This document shows positions 1 through 8,929 of a DNA stretch of 64,000 bases, piece after piece. A program made the translations under genes and the position numbers. The notes under the pieces are model-generated. The model saw only the letters and a program-made list of their open reading frames with translations, was not told where the DNA came from and made no database searches. Numbering within the stretch: the first letter of the stretch is position 1; every line of letters starts with the position of its first letter. This DNA comes from Chara braunii (lineage: Eukaryota; Plantae; Charophyceae): assembly GCA_003427395.1 (NCBI GenBank), contig BFEA01000002.1, forward strand, positions 2,928,877 to 2,992,876. The letters are read 5' to 3'.

Positions 1-507
1 AGTTGTATCGCCCGAAAGGCGACTACATCAAAACCCTTGGGTAAAACATAAAAAAAGAAGAAAATTAAAATTAAAATAAAATAAAATAAAACGAGAATTC
101 GTGAGCTACAAAACATTGCAAGGCGCGAAAGATGCCTCTGTAGTACGGGTTCGCCGTGCGGCACTCTAGGGTCCAGGAATCGGACCATGTGCAGGACCAG
201 GCACTGTATCCGATCGAGTAATAAGACTCGGTTCGGTGGCCCCAAATCTCCTTGTATCATTTCGCCGAAGGGTCAGGTTCAGTATTGTAGGCGGAAGATA
301 CCCGCAGAGCGATACGGCAGTCCAGCGGATGTGGCCATACTGCTTCGAAGTCACTTGTCGTAAATACTGGATCGCGGTGTACAGGCGATCAGATAGAGCC
401 GTGCATATCTCCAAAAGAGACAGCGAGTCCGGACGAAATTCGGCATTCGAAGCCACAGGTCACTGCTCTGCCACAGAGGGCAGACTAAATACCACAGTTC
501 AGATTCT

Positions 508-1190
508 TCATTCGCTCATCCGATCTCGAATGAGTTTCCCCAGATGCGGCCAGAAGGGATCCGCCGCCCTCCTGCTCATCCACCTGATACCTGCCAAAAT
601 CACCTTGGTGGGATACTCCAACTTCTGTAATTCAATCGCAAGGGTTACCACGTTTACTGCAGTGATTCCACAGTCGTTCGAATTGTTCGTGATTCTCAGA
701 ATTGTGTTTGCCACAGTTGCAAATTTTGCAGTTCCAGGCCTGAAAGACGAAAAGTCCTTGTAGGTTCTGAAATTCAGAGGTCCCGGGTCCCAAATCGATC
801 CTGCATTTTTGAATTTATGGGACATGCAGATACGAGTCGGGGACTTGGTGACAATGAGGCGGGCCTCTAGGAAATCTAAGAGCCCATTTCCGGAGTCGGT
901 TCTCACCAACTGGAGGCCGTCCGGGTAGCAATTCAGTATCGAGTCAATTCGTGCTTCTGCTTCCAGCTATTGAGCAGGGTCCTGGCAGTTGAAAAAGGAG
1001 ACGATCAAGAGGTCGTCAATGTACCGCTTCCCAAGAATAAGCTTGCTGTCAGTGCCGAGTGAACTGATGCATGTGTACTCAGCAAACATACACAGTACAC
1101 AAGCGAGTGGAGGACTCGCCCGTCCGCCCATGGGGATGCCCCTGGTTTGCTTCAGCACAGAGTTTGAGACCAGCACAGCAAGCTCTGTTT
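508..1190 (-). pseudogene. 5'-truncated Penelope-like reverse transcriptase fragment (RT motifs B-C and thumb), third PLE family
   Basis: Translation gives LKQTRGIPMGGRASPPLA...KRYIDDLL, one in-frame stop at 967, then LDFLE...FRTYKDFSSF...LEYP. This aligns with the RT C-termini of the two PLEs in this window (QTMQDFSSY...RGYNP; QSIQHFASF...KRYP). Confidence 0.8.
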
Positions 1191-1252
1191 TGTCTCAGCT
1201 GAGGCTGGGCAATGAGCTCGGTACCTCACATTGTACTGTAAAATCCTCATAT

Positions 1253-1306
1253 GGGGCGCTGGGCCCTGTTCCCAGCACGTGCTGCTCCCCACACATAGAT
1301 TGGAGC
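1253..1306 (+). other. Isolated copy of the conserved LINE 3'-tail structured motif
   Basis: GGGGC-GCTGGG-CCCTGTT-CCCAGC-ACGTGCT-GCTCC-CCACACATAGATT-GGAGC, a compensatory variant of the motif found 15 times in the window. Confidence 0.75.
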
Positions 1307-1404
1307 ATTGATTTTGAATAAATTGGGGCAGCAAAACCTTGGTTTGGGGTTTTACTTTTTTTTTTTTTTTTTTGCAAAAAATCCTTGAAGTGAAATGCCT
1401 CCTT

Positions 1405-2079
1405 AAAACTCTTGAGGAATTGTTTCATCTACTTATTTTTGCTCGTTTTTAATTTTGCGGAAGCAGATACGAGGTTTTTATTTTTTCATTTTTCATTTTT
1501 TTTGTGGAAGCAGATACGAGGTTTTCATTTATTTATTTCCTAGTTTAAGATTTCCTGTTTTATCTCCAGAGGACGTAGATCCCCATTCTCGTTTTGTTTT
1601 TCAGGCAGATATGAAAAAGCATAGCTGCGCATGAGCGTCACCGTACAGGACCGTTCGAAGAACGGACCTTACTATCTATTCGAACGGATTCAGAACAAAT
1701 AGGCATACGCGATTTAATCTTTTGTTCCGTACCGGAGGTAGACGTAGAAGATATAAGAAAGGGAGGCAAGGCTATTAGTCTCTCTTCTGGCAGAAGTACT
1801 CGTGAGGAGTACACCTTCCTGATGAGTCCGAGTGGACGGACGAAACTAGTTGAAGGACACTACGTTGCCTTGACATTGGGAGAAGTGGCTATGGTTTTCA
1901 TGGGTTTGAGCTACACAGGGAGTGAAGGGTGCATGGTCGGAACTCTTTGAGTCTTGTTTACTCCGAATTTTTGTCGCGACTCTTGAGTATCTATTTGCTG
2001 TCTGACACTCTTGTGAATGTCTGAATCCTGGTTACCTATGCCCTCCCTCACAGACTGTGTAGCCGCAGCCTGCCTCTCT
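1405..2079 (+). repeat. 5' pseudo-LTR (direct terminal repeat) of PLE-1
   Basis: Near-identical to 6814-7488 (offset 5409), from AAAACTCTTGAGGAATTG to GCAGCCTGCCTCTCT. Confidence 0.92.
1814..1856 (+). ncRNA. Minimal type I hammerhead ribozyme
   Basis: Stem I CCTTC/GAAGG, core CTGATGA, stem II GTCCG-AGTGGA-CGGAC, GAAA, palindromic minimal stem III (ACTAGT), predicted cleavage triplet GUU. Confidence 0.88.
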
Positions 2080-2463
2080 TGGGAGCATAGTAACCGGGGT
2101 TTCTAAGCTTTATGGTGGCTATGGTGTTGTGTACTTCTAGTTTCTAGTTTTCCTTACGTAGAATCCTGCGCGAGTATAGGATTTCTAGTTTCTTGTTTCT
2201 ATTCTCCGAATCGTTAGACTCTAGTTTAATTTTCTGTTCGCTAGTTGGTCGTTTTCCTTACGTAGAAGCTTGCGCGAGTGTAGGATGACTAGAACGACCA
2301 GTGAGATGAGCCACAACAACTAGGACTTCACACGGACTACATCGACAGGATCTATATCATTTGAGGGTTTGCTAGAGGAAGGACGTAGGACACGGATTCT
2401 TGAGAGTTAGGATGACGATAACTGGTAATTTCATAGAAGTTAAGACCAAGGAAGGTTGACAGG

Positions 2464-3713
2464 ATGTACAGCGGTTTCGGGAATGGTAACGGTACTAACG
2501 GGAACAATGGAAACAACGGAAACTTTGGAGGATATAACGGCAATGGAGGCGGTAATAGACCAGGTGGGGTAGTCTGCTATGAATGTGGGAAAACGGGACA
2601 CATCGCAAGAGATTGTTGGGCACGAAGAGGAAGGGCTAATCAACCAGAGGATGAAGTACGAATGTTCGTCCGAGAGATGATGAAGGAGAAAGAGAATGAG
2701 CAAGAGAAAAAGGCTAAGGAGGAGCAAGAACGTAGGAAGGAGGAAGACGAGAGGAGGAGGGAGCTGGATATTGCAAGACGAACGAAGGAAATGAGACTGC
2801 AATTGGAGGCAAGCATCGCAGAGAAATGGCGCCAGCAAAGACAGGAAGCCGAAGAGAAAGCCAAGGAAGCGACGAAGATTACACTGAAACAAAGCAGCCC
2901 CAAATCAAGTACCAAGGCAAGTCCGAAGAAGAGTCCGAAGCAACCAAGTCCGAAGATCTCACCAACGAGCAAAAGGATCGGGAAAGGGAAGAAGAAAGAC
3001 GGAAGAACTTCAAAAAGTCACCGAAAGAGGAAGAGCGGCCTGCGGAAAGACTACGACTCTGACACAACGGATTCAACTGAAGAAGAAAGCACCACATCCA
3101 AAGAATCAAGCAAGGATACGGACGATGAGACTAGAAGATTAATGAAAGCGATCAGAGGAGGGAGGAGACGAGCTGCATCCAGGAAGAAGAAGCAGGTGGA
3201 AGGGAAGAAGAAGAAGGAAGCGCAGGTCAAGTCAACTTTCGAATGAGGAGAATGCTCGAAGAAGAATAGCGATGTGACAACGACTACACGGGAGGAACCC
3301 AAGACACCAATGTCCGGAACATTTAAAGGCATAGCTGCGGGATGTTCACAACAAGGTTTGGTCGAATATACGGTCACAGTGATGAAAGAGTTGACAAAGA
3401 AAACGGTGTCACAGTTGAGGGAGATGTGCGAAAGGCAGGGTATCTAGTTTAAGAAAAAGGATGATATGATTGCCGACTGGTGAAGAGACAGACGGATCGC
3501 GCATACGATGTTTTTTTCAGTACCCCACTCAGTACAAAGGGGAACAAGCAGAGGTCGAAGCTTCAGGAAGATGAAGAAAGCGAAGCGGCCGAAGAGGTAC
3601 CTACGCAGCGGACGAAGACCAGCAGGAGCGCACGCGGGAAATCTAAGGACACGGCGACACCTCGTGTCATCTTACGATCCGCGGATATGCAAGTAGGGCA
3701 AGCGACCGATTGA
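2464..3713 (+). pseudogene. PLE-1 ORF1, gag-like: Gly/Asn-rich N-terminus, CCHC zinc knuckle, coiled coil, basic/acidic low complexity, SAP/HeH-like motif
   Basis: CYECGKTGHIARDC (CX2CX4HX4C); EK/R-rich coiled coil; ELTKKTVSQLREMCERQGI*FKKKDDMI at about 3388-3480. Interrupted by premature stops (3244, 3445) and one frameshift (~3480); ends at TGA 3711-3713. Confidence 0.8.
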
Positions 3714-6700
3714 CTATCTGCGCCCCCCACCTCTGAGGAGCTGTGGGAAACTCTTAATGAGCACATCGCTACTCGGAAGACCCTTAGGGGGCAGGGTGTG
3801 ACCGGCGAAGGTTTGGCAAAGATCGAGAGATGTCTGTCCACTACCATGATTCTTTTAGCACTAAGAGGCGATATCAGGTGGCTGGGAAAATATTTAGACA
3901 AGATGCATCTGGACGAAGATACGCTGGACCTACGGACATGCGATACCTATATTATTGCCAGTCCTTGGGCTGAGCGGGTTTACGTGGGCTGTACGTCAAG
4001 ATCGATCATACATAGATGGAGGCAGCATACTATCGCCGTAAATTCGAAGGTTCTTGGCAAGTCGCCGCTTCTGTATCGCTGGATGAGGAAACACGGACCT
4101 GATAACTTTGTGGTAATACCAATCCGACACACCACAGAGGATGAATGACCTCACGTTTGAACACCATCTCATCAGAGATCTATCACCAAGTCTGAATACG
4201 GTCGGGACAAAGAAGCAGCAACAGAACTTGAACAAGAGTAGGAGAAGAAGAGGAAGAAGAGAACGCAAGAGAAGGGGCAAGAAAACAAAAGGAAAGACTG
4301 TTGTGAGTTTCGACACTGAAGGAGCGCGCACTTCTCTGCTGAACTGGTTGGAAGAACACCACACCGAGGCAACGTGCGAAAGGGAAGTCATGTTTTCTGG
4401 TGGACAGCACTGGACGGATGGCTGGAGGAGTATACGAAGCAGCTTTGGTATGACGAGAGTCAAGATTCGTGGAAGGAACATGGAATTACGACAAGCGAAG
4501 GAGGAGTGTCAACAAGGAGGACATGTTACTTTCGTCACGATCATCAGGACCGCAACAGCTACAGAACGCAACAAGATCTTACTTCGACAGTTGCTTAGGC
4601 AATCGAGAACAGTAACGTCACTAGCAAAACTGGAAGCACCGAAGCTTGTTGGACTCTACAGAACGGTGGGTCTGTTCGGTAAGAAGTCGACTAGAAATAC
4701 GCTTAAAGTCAAGCTAGATCGAGTTATCGAGCGAAGAACCGGAGTAAGTGTTAGGAGGAAGATAACCGTTAAGTATCCTTACAGTTCTACTGTGAACAAG
4801 GCGGCAGTTAGGAAAGTCGCCGACTCGGTCGTGGATCTGAAAGTGGCAGATATGGCGGTCACTAACTTCCTGAAAAAGAAAACGTGAATAGTCACTAGTA
4901 GAAGTTAGACCGTAGCAGAGATAATCCATAACCAGAAGAGGTATGCAGATACTCAGGAGGTTGTCTGCTCGTGTAGAAACTTTAAGCTAGACAAGCACAA
5001 AGGACATGTGCTGACTAGGATGTCTGATATGAAATTTGCACCTGCTTTAATCCACAACGCTAAGAATGTTACACTCTGCAGTGTGAATACTGGAGCTGAC
5101 ATGATTCGAGTTAGTATACAGACGACAACAACACACCTCAAAGGGAAGGACTGTGGAGACCTGGATGTGAATCCCTGCTTCAAGCGACGGAATGAAACAG
5201 TAACCGCATGGACTGACGAACAGGTTGGAGCATGGATTAGACGATTTAAAGGTTTAGTACTCACACCGATTGACCGCAACGCTGGAGACACAAGAATCAT
5301 CTGTCCGGTCCTATACAGACATGGCTTCGGGATAACGTTTGTCTGGAATTCAGACTACGAAACAGTAGAAAGTACCGAGGAAGAAGTTATCAGGATGTGC
5401 AAACAACAATTTTTGGAAGGAGGACTGTTACAGACAGGAGGATGGAAAGCAGATGGACGGTTAGGTAAGGCATATACGATACCCAAGGACAAAGACATGT
5501 TACGATGGCGACTGATTGCCCCTGCCTGTGGAGATCCGGCAGGGGTTGGACAACGTAGATGTGCGAAGGCACTTTACTGCTTGGCAACGCGTCTCCGTGC
5601 ACATTCCAACTTCCATCTCAACTCCGCGAAGACACTGGTGCAAGAACTTAGACATGCCAACCAGACACTAGAACAGACTGGTTGCAGTATGGCAATCGGA
5701 CGTTGCTATGATATTAAGGAAATGTTTTCCTCAATTGAGCACGCAACAGTCCTGGATGTTGTCTTCCAACTACTGCGCAGGTTTGAAAATGATGGTTGAG
5801 ACAAGTAAGAGTGGCGCTCAGAGGAAAGAACTGCATTATGTCAAAGACAAACTGGAAAGAAGCAGGTTATGCATCTCTGACTTTCGAGCACATTCTGACT
5901 CTGATGAAGTACGACCTCAAGCATGCGTTTATGGTTTGTGGTGAGAAGATTATGAGGCAGGTCATGGGGATCCCTATGGGAAAAACCACAAGTCCAGTCC
6001 TGGCCATCATTACTTGTATCATGGCGGAATGCAAGCTTCTGGCGTCACTTGGGTCAGACAGGAAGCTCATTCATGGTTGGCGGATGGTGGATGATGTTTC
6101 CATCGTTGTCGGATGTAATGACGAATCCAAATCATGGGTCAAGGCTGAAGACATCATTAAGACATTCGAGAACAGTTATGACAGCAGCCTCAAGCTCATC
6201 CGCAAAGATGAGGACATCAACTGTTGGCCGTTTATCGGAGGAAGGATCTGCGTCGCAAGCGAACCCGTGCAACTACATTTTTTCCAAGAAACGAAGAACA
6301 TGTCAACACTACGGGATACAGGGACCCTTCGATATCAGACTATGCAAGATTTCAGCAGCTACTTGGACAAGAAAACGAAGAAGATTGTGCTGCACGCCAC
6401 GCTTAGGAGGCTCTGGCATGTTGCGACCTCACCAGCGTTAAGCATTAGTGCGATAGCATATGCACTTGTAGAAAGTTACCTCCGGGGATACAACCCGGAG
6501 GTCTCTCTCGGGGCCTTGGCTAAGTTAGCCAAGGATACGGGTGACCAGCTGTTGTACCAATTATTTTCCCTCTTCGAGATATTGGGGGCTACAGGCAAGG
6601 CCTCGAAATCGGACGTCTCATTCATGACGCTCCCCAACCGACAGAAAGCACCCAGTTTCGTTCGGACACTGGAAAGCCACGGGAAACTCCAGGGCTTGAC

Positions 6701-6731
6701 TGACAAAGTGTCAGAGGACACATGTGGGTAA
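3714..6731 (+). pseudogene. PLE-1 GIY-YIG endonuclease + reverse transcriptase
   Basis: DTYIIASPWAERVYVGCTSRSIIHRWRQH (GIY-YIG), HN...VVCSC, LTPIDRNAGD, IPKDKD..WRLI, CYDIKEMFSSI, GIPMGKTTSPVLA, WRMVDDV. Frameshifts near 4141 and 5796, stop at 4885. Confidence 0.88.
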
Positions 6732-6813
6732 GGGATACTATCTACGACATTAGTCACGTAGATGGAATACCGTTTTTGGATCTTTTCGCGAACTTTTATT
6801 TTCTCCCTTCGCG

Positions 6814-7481
6814 AAAACTCTTGAGGAATTGTCTCATCTACTTATTTTTGCTCGTTTTTAATTTTGCGGAAACAGATACGAGGTTTTCATTTTTTCATTT
6901 TTCATTTTTTTTGCGGAAGCAGATACGAGGTTTTCATTTATTTATTTCCTAGTTTAAGATTTCCTGTTTTATCTCCAGAGGACGTAGATCCCCATTCTCG
7001 TTTTGTTTTTCGGGCAGATATGAAAAAGCATAGCTGCGCATGAGCGTCACCGTACAAGACCGTTAGAAGAACGAACCTGACTATCTTTCCGAACGGATTT
7101 AGAACAAATAGGCATACGCGATTTAATATTTTGTTCCGTACCGGAGGTAGACGTAGAAGATATAAGACAGGGAGGCAAGGGTATTAGTCTCTCTTCTGGC
7201 AGAAGTACTCGTGAGGAGTACACCTTCCTGATGAGTCCGAGTGGACGGACGAAACTAGTTGAAGGACACTATGTTGCCTTGACACTGGGAGAAGTGGCTA
7301 TGGTTTTCATGGGTTTGAGCTACACAGGGAGTGAAGGGTGCATGGTCGGAACTCTTTGAGTCTTGTTTACTACGAATTTTTGTTGCGACTCTTGAGTATC
7401 TATTTGTTGTCTGACACTCTTGTGAATGTCTGAATCCTGGTTACCTATGCCCTCCCTCACAGACTGTGTAGCCGCAGCCTG

Positions 7482-7488
<7 letters not shown>
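6814..7488 (+). repeat. 3' pseudo-LTR of PLE-1
   Basis: Direct repeat of 1405-2079. Confidence 0.92.
7223..7265 (+). ncRNA. Minimal type I hammerhead ribozyme (second copy)
   Basis: Identical to 1814-1856: CCTTC CTGATGA GTCCGAGTGGACGGAC GAAACTAGTT GAAGG. Confidence 0.88.
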
Positions 7489-7544
<56 letters not shown>

Positions 7545-7545
7545 N

Positions 7546-7640
<95 letters not shown>
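7482..7640. repeat. Compound microsatellite (CT)n(AT)n
   Basis: Direct inspection. Confidence 0.97.
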
Positions 7641-7642
<2 letters not shown>

Positions 7643-8929
7643 TCCAATCCGCTTTCAACAGCGTCTCCGGAAGACTTCTCATTCTTTTTTTTTCTTTTTT
7701 TTTTTTATTAGAGCTCCAATATATTGGTGGGGAGCAACACCTCCTGGAAAGCGGGTACAACGTCCCTCATACAATGAGAATAAACTCTTGTTGACGAATA
7801 TAAACATGTGACAAATGAGCTGAGACCTGCCTCTTCAGTCCGCTGAGGACCGCCAGATATCCATGCATTTTTAGCCTGTCTATGCTTTGAGAATAGTTAC
7901 AGTAACAATCCTTGTTGTTTTCTTACTTAGGCTGCATGTCCAAACCATTGGTTGTCTACTATTGCCAACGCAGAAGGCGGAAATAAATCTAAGAAGTTCT
8001 CTGGGGACCTCAAATGATTGCCTTGTTGAATTTTCATCCATTCGTGGAAATGAGTTGAAAATCTCTTTTGAAGGGGGCAATAGTACCCTCTCCCCCTGGC
8101 CATGACACATTACCCAACCCCCCTCGATTATAACCCCCTAGCCAGTCTTTTGAGAATTGTAGAATTGCATCGTAAATATCCTTCTTTTGTTGGAATGTTA
8201 GTATTTTAGATTAGGTGGGATGCCATTGAGCTCGAATCTCAGTTTGAATAAACTTTTTTTTTTTTTTTTTTTTTTAAAGGCCCTTTGTGCAAGACCACTA
8301 TCCTGGTGGTGGTAAGAGAACCACCAGGATTGAGGCTTTGCCTAGCGGGGCGCTCCATCTATTGGTGGGGAGCGTCACCTGCTGGAAACCGGGTCCAGCG
8401 TCCCAAATACATCTTGCTGCACAGTGCCATAATGAGAGTGACGCAAGAGTGCTGGAAATCGGGTCCAGCGTCCCACATCCACTCTACTCTTCCCTACCTA
8501 GCCTGCATCAGGGTCAGGTATTGGAGGGGGGGCCACCGGGGGGCACCAGTGGGTTCTCCCTCACTCCCCTAGCCTCTGCCATCCACCAGCTATCCTCTTG
8601 ACGCCCATTGTACTTTGCAGTAGCATACGTTTGAAAGGTTGAAGCCCCTAAGACAGGCTGTAGTACAATCATCTAAAATCAGCCAGAATCACTTTGAGAA
8701 GTACAAAAGAATACTGAAGAAGACCTTTGCTATCTTGTACCTGAATGAAAGTGATGCCAGAGTGCTGGAAACCAAGTCCAGCGTCCCATCTCCCCTCTAC
8801 TCTTCAGCTGGGGTCTTTTGAGAAGTACAGAGAGGGGAACTGAAGCAAGACTGTTGAAGACTGTCGGTGATTTCTAAGAGGGGGATGAGCAAAAGAATAG
8901 AAAAACGGCCACCTGCTGGGTCCCTTGGC

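Larger units (their letters stand above)
1405..7488 (+). mobile_element. Penelope-like retroelement PLE-1 (N-terminal GIY-YIG, Naiad/Chlamys-type domain order), near full length, degraded
   Basis: ~675 bp direct repeats carrying hammerhead ribozymes flank a gag-like ORF and a GIY-YIG + RT region. The 3' repeat runs into a (CT)n(AT)n microsatellite. Confidence 0.9.

Noticed and set aside
1-45. Hammerhead variant in the hairpin TCGCC-CGAAA-GGCGA
   Set aside because: No CTGANGA core on either strand in the visible part, and it is truncated by the window edge.
3244-4887. Selenocysteine recoding of in-frame TGAs in PLE-1
   Set aside because: The TGAs at 3244 and 4885 fall at non-Cys positions and are simply explained by CGA>TGA decay; TAG stops and frameshifts also occur.
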